Positions 11,829 through 23,899 of a stretch of DNA of 54,430 nt are shown piece after piece. The position numbers and the translations under genes are program-made. The stretch is from Girardia tigrina. Lineage: Eukaryota. The stretch spans positions 12,567 to 66,996 of the forward strand of contig MQRK01250505.1 of the NCBI GenBank assembly GCA_001938485.1, written 5' to 3'. The first letter of the stretch is position 1. Every line of letters begins with the position of its first letter. The notes below the pieces were generated by a model. That model saw only the letters and a list, made by a program, of their open reading frames with translations, searched no databases and was not told where the DNA came from.

Positions 11829-12290
11829 ATGAACGTCCTCGGAATCGATATCAGTACGAAATCCGTAAAAGTTATTTTAAGCATTGCCAAAGATAAAACA
11901 ATACTGAACTATCGATAAAAGACACTAATTCCACGATTATAAATCAAAATCAATTTTATCACGCGCAAAATGTTGACAAAATATTCGAAGCAATTCGAGA
12001 GATATTAAATGAAATGAAGGGTGACGGTTTGAATAATGTGAGACATATTTGAATATCGGGACAAATGCACGGTGCTTTGTTTTGGAATGACGACAAGGAC
12101 GAGTCGGGCTACAATCGACACTCAAATTTGATTATCTGGATGGATCAGAGATGTAATACCGATTGTTTCATTGAGTCTCTACCGAAAATGCCGTCGTATT
12201 TGATTATAGAAATGGTCGTTAACGGACAAAATTTGATTGAGGGCACAGAGATTGGGTCTCAGATCACCGAAAAACAATGTGAGATGATTT
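11829..12290 (+). pseudogene. SHPK: FGGY-family sugar kinase N-terminal domain, most like sedoheptulokinase; pseudogene
   Basis: MNVLGIDISTKSVK, then I*ISGQMHGALFW and SNLIIWMDQRC. Contains stops and frameshifts and is 3'-truncated. The subfamily call is less sure than the family call. Confidence 0.7.
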
Positions 12291-12769
12291 TTTATTTGTC
12301 CCTACGACCCTTAGTCACCCTTCAACCCAGAAGCATTGCAATCACGTTCGACCTGCACCCAATCTGTTATAAATGCTATCTTGTTTAAAATTCACTTCAA
12401 ATATTTATTTATTAAACAGCTTTCAATAAAATAATGAAAACTTTAACCGTCGATTAAAATGATTAGTCGAAATTCTGTATTAAAATTCACAAAAAAAATT
12501 ACATTATCAATTATCTACCCTCATTTTGTTAATGTTTTACTATTCCCAAAAGAGATAATTAATATTTTAGTATTCTCAATATCCGAAATGGAAAACTGAT
12601 AATAATTAATTAGTTAAAAACAGAACAAAATTACTCTCTCAGATTTCCCGTTCCTTGATTTTCTTTTTTTCCTAAAATTCTTTAAAATTGGTTATTAATC
12701 TCTGATTTTGATTTTTATCATTATCTTTATGATCTTCATTTTAAATAATATCCTTATCCATGTTATTAT

Positions 12770-12945
12770 TATTATTTATTTGTTATAATTTATTTATTTA
12801 TCATTATTATTCTTAATTATTATATTTTTATTATATTATAATTATTTTTGTATTATTATTTATTTATTTTTATTTTAATTATTTATTTATTATTAATATT
12901 ATTTATTATTATCACATATTATTATTTTTATTTATTATTATTAAC
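12770..12945. repeat. Low-complexity (TTA/TTTA)n tract
   Basis: Directly visible degenerate microsatellite. Confidence 0.8.
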
Positions 12946-13868
12946 AAAACTTTGTTTTATGTCATAAAAACAAAAAAAAAGTTAAATATTATTTAAAATT
13001 TATTTTTCTTTTTTTCCAATTATTAATCTTACTTGGGTTCACTCCGAAGGATAATTGAGCTTTGAAGTTTCATGCATACTAATGAAATCATCTGCAATGC
13101 TTTTGTATCGCGTACATTCTGACTGAAGTAACTGAAAGATAACTCTAATTTGATGAAAATATTGTAATGGTAATTGTAAAATAATAAATTCGACCTATCT
13201 CACGCTATTAATTGATAATTAATTTAATTGAATAATTATTTGCAGTATTTATCAATTTAATGTGCTTTTGACTATTTTTATTTGAATGACAAGATTTTTA
13301 AAATTTAGAAAGGAATTTTTAAATGTCCTTAAAACTCAATAATTCTTAGTATAATAATTAATCACTCAGTAAATTAAAAAAAAATCCATGTTAAAAAATC
13401 AAAACAATCGGTCGATAAAAAACTTTCTATGTTGTTTTTTCATCTTATCATCAGTAAAACGAATACTTAGTATTTTAAAAAAGAATATTATTCGGCTTTG
13501 TTGTATATATTTAGTAATAATCAAACAATTCGAAATGTCAATTAGAAAAATTATGTTTGATAAAATTTAATTCTGGTTCTTTAAAATGAAATTTACAGTA
13601 CTTTTTCATAAAGTGGCAATATTTTTAAAAAAAGTAAGTTAATCAATAATTTTAATATTAATAATAGAAATTCCTAGATAAATCTTACAAAATAGCCAAA
13701 TGGCCAACAAATTAACACAAACACTAAAAAATTTATTACAAAACTGAACCACAGTTTAAGAAAATTAATTTATAATAGAAGTTACGAAATTATGAATAAA
13801 TAAGAAATATATCGGGATTTAATTTTCTTTAAAAAAATTTCAAGTTATAATTTATTATACTTAAAGTA

Positions 13869-15140
13869 TTAGGGTGAACCAAAAGTCTTTTCGTATTTTT
13901 TATTAAAAATTTAAACATAATTTTACAAATAAAAAACATTTAAGTTTCAAAGTAAAGGCCATTTGAATCTATAGCTTGAACCCATCTATGGGCAAGTTGT
14001 GCGATCCCGCTGCGGTACCAATCCTTGTTCTTAGAAGCGAAGAACTGGTGACACCCGTTTTCGACTTCGGCTAGATTATTGAAGCTGTGACCACGAAGAA
14101 AGTGTGCCATAGAGCGGAAAAGGTGATAGTCGGATGGCGCAAGATCCGGATTATACGCAAGGTGTGGAAGAAGTTCAAAGGCATCGCGATTTTTGATTTT
14201 TTCCTTTGTTTATTTGGAGGTGTGCAGTTTTGCATTGTCCTGTTGTCGAAGAACTCGCTTTCGATTGATCAAAGCGGGGTATTTCTCGCCAAGTGCCGTA
14301 TACATTCGATCAAGTTGGGCGCAGTAAAGGTTAGCGTTGATAATACGACCATTTGGAACCAACTCGAAGTTAATCAAGCTTTCGAAATTCCACCAAACAC
14401 ACAAAAGTGCCTTCATTGAGAAAAGATCTCGCTTTGCTACCGGTTTCGCCATTTGTCCGTGGTCCAACCATTGATTTTGTTGGTCTGGATTACTGAAGTA
14501 AACCCACCTTTCATCGCAAGTTACAATTTGACGGATGAAACAGTCATCACGCGCATTTTCAAGCAATTTTTGACAAGTTTCGAAACACTTTTCGGCTTGA
14601 ATTTGAGTCAATTCATGAGGCACTTCTCGACATTGTCTATTGACCTTACCAAGAGCATGAAGGTGTCGTACAATGAATTTTTGAGGAATATCGAGTTCGG
14701 CCGACAATCTTCAAGTACTTATTGGCGGATTTTTCTCCACGGCTTCACAAATTGCTCAGGAATCTACGGTGATAGGTGGGCCTGAAAGTGCATTGTCTCC
14801 GAGGTCAATGTCACCTTCGTTGAACCTTTTGAACCAATTTTGTGCAGTACGATTTAAGACCACATTATCGCCTTCAACTTCGCATATCTTCTTTGTTGCT
14901 GCAGTTGCGTTTAAGCCCTGTTTTCAGTAATGGCGTAAAGGAACACGAATTTCAAAATTTTCCATGATTTTTCTAAAAGACCATAAAAATTATATTAACG
15001 AATAATTAGAAGTTTTAATATGTATGATGATTAGCTTTAAAAACATATAACACATGTATATAAGATATCTTTATGTGGTAATAAGAAACAATGGAACAAA
15101 AAGACGTAGAAAATACGAAAAGACTTTTGGTTCACCCTAA
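13869..15140 (-). mobile_element. Full-length mariner (DD34D), transposase pseudogenised
   Basis: Perfect ~31-bp TIRs TTAGGGTGAACCAAAAGTCTTTTCGTATTTT with TA on both sides; 1272 bp long. Motifs VPHELT, VTCDERW, QDNAKLH, AYNPDLAPSDYHLF. Frameshifted. Confidence 0.96.
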
Positions 15141-18100
15141 TATTAAAACTTAAGTAAATTAAAATTAAATTTATATATCAATATTTATATTTCAAATTTC
15201 TGGTTGTGCTAAAATGACACGTAATTCCTCAGATATTTGTTTTAAAAATCATTGTTTGTTAGAAATAAAGTTTTGCGAGTTGGTGAATCTTGATTTTAAT
15301 CTGAAACCCAACAAGAATAAAATGGAAGAATGAGAGAAAGTGTTTCATAGGTGCAATTTAGATAGTTTTAATGGTAAACAATGTGATACCAGCATTTATC
15401 TCTTTTATAAGTGTTGAGCTAATCTTATTTGGATCTAGAGCTGAACATAGTCACGAAGTAAATTCTTCCAGCAATCTTTTTTCTGAAGATGTCAAAAATA
15501 TTATAATTGAGCTTGTCGAACGTAGAATTAGGTCTGAGAAAATTTAAGAAATTTCACATGAGCGAAAAAAAATTCAATTTAGGTATTTTTTAACTATATA
15601 GAGAAAGGAAAAATAAAAAAATGTGGAAGCACAAGTTATGCCATATTTTCGTAAACCTGTTTTTGAAGACATCGTCAAGTTACAGCTATCCTAGTCTTCT
15701 GAAATCTTTGGAAAAGCATCACTTCTTTTTCTTAAAAAAGATGGAAAAGGTTTTTCCGGAATTTTTCGACTGAATCATTTATTATTATTAAATAACACTT
15801 AGTATGAAGGATACCAACATTTCACTCCGATTATCAACAATATTTTGGAGACTTTTAGCCGATGTATCAAAGAAGATGAACTTTACGTTAACGACTGCCT
15901 CTCTCTCGTTTGATCGTCGTTGTTTTTCAGATGTTGGCTAACAGGTCGAAATTTTATCAACGAGATATGAAGACATTTGTAGCATCTCCTAGGTGTTTAG
16001 ATTATATTTAGATTAGGTGCTTAGACCAGTGATTATCAATGGACAAAGACGGACAAAGTTTTGCTGTCGGAAGATCCTGATACATCAGTTGAATATTTCG
16101 TTTCATCTGGAAATATAAACCAACTTGCAAAAAGTGTTATTCACGAAAACAATTTAATGCGTTGGAAAAACGTACTTTCTGTATTTTGAAAATCACAATT
16201 CTTAAAACAAAAGCTTGATGAGTTGGAGTATGCGACTGTCGAGTATTTTTCAAAAATTATACCTGCAAGAATGTTGTTCACATTTCAATTAGAACCAGTC
16301 TTTGTAAACTACCTGGGACTGCTAAAACTGTGAAGATTGGACAAAACTTGTAGCGTTGTAGACCAAACAATTTTAAAAAGGTTTTAATTGTTTAATAAAG
16401 AATAAAGAATAATCTTTGCATTTTTGATTCTTTATCTTTGTATTTTTAATTAAAATTTAGTATTTTGTACTATGAATTGTGCATGTTTTATTTATCCTTT
16501 TTATTTTTTTGCTTAGCATTTCCTATTATTTTACTGAGTGTTTATTTTTTTTACTTAGTAATAATAAATTCTTTATTTAGAATTTATTGAATAAAAACTT
16601 AGCTTTTAATAAAAAAATACATAGTGTTTTAATAATTATAGCGTTTAAATTTTTCTCAATAGAAATTAGTTTTTAATTGAGTCTTGGATGACCCAAATAG
16701 TCAATGACCCTCATTTGATCTTCGGAATTCAGTTCATTAAAATTTATCAGAGTAAAATTAGATTGAATAAGCATTGAAAAGATCATTTATCACTAACTTA
16801 ATACTCTCAACTTATATCGTTAAATATTTGAAATTTCAAAAGTAATTTAAAAGTATTTCCATCAGATGGATATCTGTACCAAACAGAAAAAGGTCTAATC
16901 ATATCTCATTATCTTATGGACAACTCTCCCAGAAAGCTTTGCAGTAAAGATGATTAACTGGATAATTTTGATATTGCCGTGACGAAAATAGATCGAATAA
17001 TGTTCTTTTTATGTTTTGAAGGAGGGGTTCGAACGCACCAAAGCCCATAGAAGAGCGCCCACATCAGAGATGAGTATAGCATTTTTGAGATTCTCTCCCT
17101 CTTTTAATTTTATTTTGTTATTGTACTGATGCATCATGTATTTATGTGGTATATGTGTAAGTATTATTATCAACATTTACTAATCTTCTGAATTGAAACT
17201 TCCTTCTGTCGACCAACCATCCCCTTTCTAAAATTTCCCTAAAGAATCAATAATGAGATGCAAAAATATTACAAAACTGCTAGAAATGAAGCAGAAGTAT
17301 GTGGCTTAATCCGGATGAACTTGAACTCAATGTGATTTTGGCTTTGGAATTTTGAGTCGTTCACCCTTTATAGAACAACCTTCTTTATTCTGATAAACTT
17401 TCAGAAGAACCGAAATTCGCAGTATCAAGAGACTTCATTTTTTATTTTATATATTTTATATATATATATATATATTATATTTTATAATAATAAAATTTTA
17501 TCATTAAACATTTAGAAAATAAAATTTTGTTTAAATGCCAGACTAGCTGCTGCATAATATTTTACTGGCATCTTAATCTCATTAGATATCTCTTGTGAAT
17601 GTTGTACAGTACATATTTGATGTACAATTCCCCTTGACACAGTCGATTCTAAGAGTCAATCTGCTCCCAATGGACTCGGTTTTTTCTACTCAAGATTTTC
17701 TGATATTTCAATTTTATTTATTAGTATCATGTCTACCAATTTCTTAATATTAGAGTTATTGGAGTTTTATTCTACCATGTTATCATCAAATGGTTCATTC
17801 TTATCATCAAGAAGGTTTTCACTTGTTGCTTTTCTAATCGGAAGGGGTTTCAGTAAGTCAATGAAAGACAACGTTAGCTTTTACAATTTTAAAATAACAT
17901 TATTGTTCTGAAATTCTAAATAATTAATATTTATTTTGTTATTGTTAACTTCAATATTTTTATTTATTAATAGACATCATCTGATAAATTGAATCTCCAA
18001 TCTTCAAATGACTTAGAAGTTTGAATGACAAAATTTTTGAGTTATTTCTGTCGTTTTATTTTGCTTATAATTAATATCAAAAATATTTTTTTAAAAATTA

Positions 18101-18179
18101 TGATGATGGAAACCTGTTTTATTAAATCAGATTGTTAAAATTTGATGACCATGAAAACAATAGATTGTTGTGAAGTTAA

Positions 18180-18371
18180 CCTTTAACCGGATAGAAAACT
18201 CTAAAAATTGAATGTATACATAAGAAATCCTTGAAAATTCGAACATTCTTTTAATAAAATTCATGGTTAGTTAAAAAAAGTGCTATAGATTGAATTTGAA
18301 TTAGTATTTTTATTTTGATTTACTTACGATTAATAAAAAGAGTCCAAAAGATTCTTCTATCCGGTTAAAGG
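18180..18371. mobile_element. piggyBac-type MITE
   Basis: TTAA on both sides and a perfect 17-bp TIR CCTTTAACCGGATAGAA. Confidence 0.88.
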
Positions 18372-19072
18372 TTAAATTGAGAAATTTATTTACTTGTTTG
18401 AAAATTTATGAACTGGTAAAAATGTTGTCGAATTGTGATTATCGAATTAAAGTTTGGCGATTGAACACAAATTCATAATCGATTAATTTCTATTAAATGA
18501 ATTACCTTCCAATTTTTGAACGAATTATTTTCGAGTTGTGAGAAATTACTTGAAATTTAGTTTCGTTTGACGAAATATTATTTGATCGATTAAGGAGAGC
18601 TGAATTATCAAAAGTTAAAAATATAAATTTGGTAAATTATTTCGATTTATTTGAGAGTTTAATTGTCAATTTAAATTTCAATTTTTATTTTTTATTTCTA
18701 TTTCAATTTTTTATTTTTATTTCAATTTTTAACACATTATTTTGTATTGCAATTGTTTATTTGGTCGAATTATTTGTTTATTTTGAATAAATTTTTTCAT
18801 TTATATCTTGAAGATTTCAAATCATTTGAATTTTATTTTGCGTATTATTTGTCCTAAAAATTGTTTGATTTTTTAAAATTTAGAATTTTATTCTGACATT
18901 TGAATTGAAGTTATAATTATTTGTGTTGAATTTCGAGTTGTAAAACTTTATCACTATAAAATAATAAATCTTGATAACGAAATTAGTCGTTATTGGGATA
19001 AATGTGGTGGAAAGTTCGAAATTGTTCATATATCTCTGATAAATTTGATTGGAGTCCTAAATTAAACTGATT

Positions 19073-19460
19073 ATGTCGTCTTCAAAATATCACAAAATTA
19101 AAAGCATCGAACTATGGACTCAGCACCTCTTTCTTTACGGCGATTCCCTAAAGAAACTCAGAGACTACCTAGACAATAATATTGATGAGAATAGCAAGTT
19201 ATGTAATCTAGGTGAGTTTTTTTACTATTATTAATATTATTTCTATTATATTTATTTTATCAAATAGGAATGTCCTTCAATGGAGCTACGAATGTGTATG
19301 AATGTATCGATGAAGGTTATTATACATTATTATAATTATGTCAATAATAAGTGATAATATTTTGATACATGAAAATTGTACTAAATTCTAAATTTAGTAC
19401 TCCTGTTTGAGTGTTTTCAATTATTCAGTTTCCCATTAATTACCGAAGAGCAAATCTGAT
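19073..19460 (+). other. Possible small spliced gene or pseudogene (exons 19073-19211, 19268-19315, 19398-19460)
   Basis: G|GTGAGT...AAATAG 56-nt intron preserves the frame (MSSSKYHKIK...CNLGMSFNGATNVYECIDE). No recognisable homology. Confidence 0.3.
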
Positions 19461-19789
19461 CAGCAGAATAACAAAACTAAATTGGCGTAAAAGCTGCAAA
19501 GATAAATAATTGTTATAATCTGGAACAAAATTAATTACTTTTTACCGAAATAAAGTTATTATTACTCTTATTATTTTAATAATGTAAATAAAACAAAATT
19601 ATTAATATTAAATATATAAGAAAAGTTTAATTATTGTCTTTATATATTTTATACTTTTTCAAGTAATCTTCTTCTTTAAAGAAACTCCTTTCAATTGTTG
19701 AAGAAATGGTCAGACAATGAGATAACCTAACTCAAGGTTTATTAATTTTAAAAAAAACTTAAAATTTAACTGTGACGGAAAATTTGAAA

Positions 19790-20221
19790 TGTTGTAAGTT
19801 TGTTGTTTGTACGCTGTTTAGATTTGTGACTCTCCTACTCAGATGGGATTGATATGTTATTGATTGATTATTTGAATCTAATGAAATTAATTTATTGAGA
19901 TTAATGTTTAGATACTAATTAATTAAAGTTTTATAATTATGAATTTTAATAATATTTTTAGTAAACGAATTTAACTTATTAAATTTAATATATTTTACAA
20001 ATTAATGTTTATTTAAAAATTACTTAATGTCTTTTTTATCCAATAAAATTATAAGAAATTAAAAGTTAATATTAAAAAATTTCCCATTGATTGTTTTTTA
20101 AGATTTGAATATATAAACAAAAACTATATCAATCAAAGAAAGATACTTACTGAGAATTTTTGTGAAGAATCATTTTGTGTTGTTAATAAAGGTTTACATT
20201 GAAATTGTGATGTTCTTAATA
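19790..20221 (-). repeat. Family X repeat copy (diverged)
   Basis: CTCTCCTACTCAGATGGGA matches the reverse complement of the core; ends GTTCTTAATA. Confidence 0.55.
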
Positions 20222-20364
20222 TGGCGACCACGCCAGGAAAAAATCCATTCTGAATACAATGAAAGTGTTTTAAAATGAATTAAAATTTTTATTCAAATTG
20301 AAAAAATAAAATTTATTTATTAAAAAAAGGTTTAAAAAAACATTGTATATAATTATATATATAA

Positions 20365-21400
20365 AATTCATGAATGGTCTTCATCCTAATATTAAATTTA
20401 CCACAGAATTGGAAGTAGATAATAAACTTCCCTTTCTGGACATTCTTGTCACTAGGATGAATGGAGGCTATAAAACTGAATTATTCAGAAAGGCAACAGA
20501 TACAGGTCTTTACACAACACCACAGAGTTTTTGTGAGGAAAAATATAAAGAGGGTATGATAAAAGGGCTTGTTTACAGAGTTTGGAATTTGTCGTCCAGT
20601 TTTGAAACTGCAAATCAGGGTTTAAATATTCTTAGAAGGCGCTTAAGGGACAATATGTATACAAACAAGCAAATAGAACACAATATTAGGGTAACATTAG
20701 ACAAATTATGTACAGATGTATGAGTTAAAAAACAATTAAAAGAAGAAAATACTGAAGAATACAAACAAATCATTAAAATTCCATATTCTGAAGGATTTAG
20801 AGCGTTTAAGAAGAGTATTTGTAGAACAATAAGTAGTACTNNNNNNNNNNNNNNNNNNNNNNNNNNNNNNNNNNNNNNNNNNNNNNNNNNNNNNNNNNNN
20901 NNNNNNNNNNNNNNNNNNNNNNNNNNNNNNNNNNNNNNNNNNNNNNNNNNNNNNNNNNNNNNNNNNNNNNNNNNNNNNNNNNNNNNNNNNNNNNNNNNCA
21001 CTCGCAAATGAGTCGATCGAGTAAGGTTCTTGATCATTGGTTATGTTGTAAGGATAGAACCTCATCCATTTCAAAAGAGGAGTTTTCTGTTTTACAAAAG
21101 GGTTTTGATTCACATTATGAACGGCAGCTTTGTGAATCTCTACTAATAAGACACTACAACCGATCAATTAACATTCAGAATGGGCAAAGTAAGGTTATTT
21201 CAATACTTAAAATTTAATTAAAATATTTTTGCCATTATTACTCAATAATACTTTAATAAATAATAATATTTAATCCCTAATATACCTTTTAAAGTTAATG
21301 TATATATTAAAATTGTTTTCGAATTACTGATGATGATGTGTGTAAACATAGAAACATGTCCAATAATTATATAAAAATGCTTTATATAATTATATATAAA
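20365..21400 (+). mobile_element. Penelope-like retroelement, 5'-truncated (RT C-terminus, GIY-YIG C-terminus, pLTR)
   Basis: LHPNIKFTTELE...LPFLDILV...FRKATDTG, then RQLCESLLIRHYNRSINIQ. A hammerhead follows. TATATAATTATATATA occurs at both ends (possible TSD). Confidence 0.9.
21322..21365 (+). ncRNA. Minimal type I hammerhead ribozyme (degenerate)
   Basis: CUGAUGA at 21327, short stem II, then GAAACAUGUC with palindromic ACAUGU. Mismatches in stems I and II. Confidence 0.7.
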
Positions 21401-21446
21401 AGCTTTGAATTCGTTTTTTGAATATTTAAAAAAATTTATATTTTCG

Positions 21447-21499
<53 letters not shown>

Positions 21500-21523
21500 T
21501 AATTTAAAAATGTTTTTTAATTC

Positions 21524-21543
21524 GTTTGTTTAAACGAATTATT
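21524..21543 (+). promoter_or_regulatory. Shared upstream motif GTTTGTTTAAACGAATTATT (copy 2)
   Basis: Identical to 7971-7990 (minus strand); overlaps the palindrome AATTCGTTT-GTTT-AAACGAATT. Confidence 0.55.
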
Positions 21544-21627
21544 TTAAGATTGGAATTGTTATCTAATAAAATTATTCGACATTATCGATTTTTCTTATTG
21601 TTATTGAAATAAGAAAATAAAAAATAA

Positions 21628-21816
21628 ATGAAAACTAAATCTCATCATACGAGAATTTTAGAGAAGAGATTCGTCAATTATCAGTATACGCGAAGTACTG
21701 CTTCTTCTTTGGGATCGCTAAAGTCGCCTCGAACGACATTAAAAGCGAAATTATTGAAGAAAATACAAGAATGTTTAATATCTCCGTCAATTACTGAGTC
21801 GAAAATCGGAGGATAA
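21628..21816 (+). CDS. 62-aa basic orphan ORF ending just before a histone-type stem-loop
   Basis: ATG lies 85 nt after the shared motif; TAA lies 8 nt before the stem-loop. No recognisable homology. Confidence 0.3.
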   Translation: MKTKSHHTRILEKRFVNYQYTRSTASSLGSLKSPRTTLKAKLLKKIQECLISPSITESKIGG

Positions 21817-21824
21817 AGACATAC

Positions 21825-21840
21825 GGCCCTCTTTAGGGCC
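21825..21840 (+). terminator. Histone-mRNA-type 3' stem-loop
   Basis: GGCCCT-CTTT-AGGGCC with the same flanks (AAAGACATAC, AAAA..GTGATTGG) as 7465-7480. Confidence 0.75.
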
Positions 21841-22374
21841 AAAATTTGTGATTGGTCTGTAAAAGAAGAAGTTGTTAAACTTACCATGGGGATCTTCCAA
21901 CCCAGAAAAACATACAAAAAAGTAGAAGAACTTGTGAATATACTAACAAAAGAAAAATTGTCTAAAAAAGAACTACCCAACCTTGCCTGTTTAAATATGG
22001 TTGACAGTTATGAAATCAAAAAAGAATTAAAACTGAAAGGAACAACTGAAACCAAAGATATAATAATATTATTAATGAAAAAAATTTTTTATAAAAACAA
22101 CCACGTTTTTCAAGCATTACCAATGTACTAAAAAGAGGAAAATAATTTTTTTCTAGACATGTGAGAAATTTTATACCTAACCCAAAAACGTGGGGCGGAT
22201 TTCNNNNNNNNNNNNNNNNNNNNNNNNNNNNNNNNNNNNNNNNNNNNNNNNNNTTATTTTCCTCTTTTTAGTACATTGGTAATGCTTGAAAAACGTGGTT
22301 GTTTTTATAAAAATTTTTTTTTATTAATAATATTATTTAACTATTTTTAGTTATCATTTAGGAATTTTTTTTTC

Positions 22375-22998
22375 AAAATTTTTTTTATCAAGTTGTATTG
22401 TCATCGGAAGCAAGCCTGTATAAAACTTCATTCATGAAAATAAGCGAAAAGATTGCTATTTAATACAGTGTATAAATCTGTAGATAATCGTAAGTGGTCT
22501 TTTGCAAAACAAATTAGAAAAAAATATTTTTTTTCAAAGTTTTTTTATCAAATTGTATTGTCATCGGAAGCAAGCCTGTATTAAACTTCATTCATGAAAA
22601 TAAGCGAAAAGATTGCTATTTAATACAGTGTATAAATTTGTAGATAATCGTAAGTGGTCTTTTGCAAAACAAATTAGAAAAAAATATTTTTTTTCAAAGT
22701 TTTTTTATCAAGTTGTATTGTCATCGGAAGCAAGCCTGTATAAAACTTCATTCATGAAAATTATCGAAAAGATTGCTATTTAATACAGTGTATAAATTTG
22801 TAGATAATCGTAAGTGGTTTTTTGCAAAACAAATTAGAAAAAAATATTTTTTTTCAAATTGTATTGTCATCGGATGCAAGCCTGTATAAAAAAATTCAGC
22901 TCAATTGGATGACTGAAAGTGGTCGAAAAATCAATCGCAAGATTTGTTCCAGACAGACAAACAGACAAGAAAGCAAGCTAATAAAAACGTGGTAAAAA
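22375..22998 (+). repeat. 160-bp tandem repeat (about 3.2 units) within a Helitron/Helentron-like non-autonomous element
   Basis: GTATTGTCATCGG recurs at 22395, 22555, 22715 and 22861. Followed by a CAGACAGACAAACAGAC microsatellite and the end AATAAAAACGTGGTAAAAA. Confidence 0.8.
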
Positions 22999-23899
22999 GC
23001 GTAGTTACTGTATTAGATTTTTTCATTTTTATTTTATCTTTTGGTAATATTCGTTATTTTTAAATTTTTGTGGTTTTGTATAGTTCTTATTTAATTGTAT
23101 GAAAGTTTTTTAACGCTCTTGTAACTTTTACTTCTTTTTTTATTTTATTTTATTTTGTTTTGGTGTTATGCGATCGTTCTTTTATTTTCATTGAAAGATT
23201 TATAAGTTTCGGTTCCATGATACGGAGTTAATAACGCAGCATATTTCGGAATGAATAATAATAATAATAATAAAGTTCATTACTGCTAATGTCAATTTGA
23301 ATTTAATAATAGATCAATATAATGATCACAAATATTATTATTCATTCCGAGATATTGTTTGGCTCGTATCCATAAAGATATCGTGAGGTACAGATACTGA
23401 AGAAAGAACAATCACTGTTAAACGATTTCGAATTTATCAAACAGCGATAATTATCGTCCATAATCCACATTTCGAATACCAGTTATCAATTCTGATTTAG
23501 AAGAATCACGAATAATTATGCATATCCATTATCCCAATTACATTTTCAATTTATTACGGTAAAAATTATATTCGTAACAAAATTACGTATTATTACACAT
23601 TTACACATTGTTTTCCCTAGTCTACCATTATCCCATCTATCCAAATTTCGTTCCATTAGGTCCTCAATATTTTTTGGAAAGAAATTTGACAGACTACAAG
23701 TACCGTGTTTTTAATTGTTTAATTCCCTTAATTACTGCATTCGATTGTCACAAAAATAAATGTTTTATTGTTAAAAGTTGATTATTAGTTCTATACTAAA
23801 CTCACCCAATTTAATATTTGGTTAGTTTAGTATATAATTATCAAGTAAAATAACATATTTGTCTTCCATACCAGTCGGGGAATAGGTTATTTTACAGTT

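Noticed and set aside
14087-14785. Plus-strand ORFs of 110 aa
   Set aside because: They are antisense shadows of the mariner transposase. The same applies to the antisense ORFs over the Gypsy and PIG-M regions.
22060-22335. Inverted duplication flanking the N gap at 22204-22253
   Set aside because: A near-identical fold-back across a scaffold gap is most likely an assembly artefact.
22375-22890. CRISPR-like array
   Set aside because: Whole 160-bp units repeat with no unique spacers, and the context is eukaryotic.
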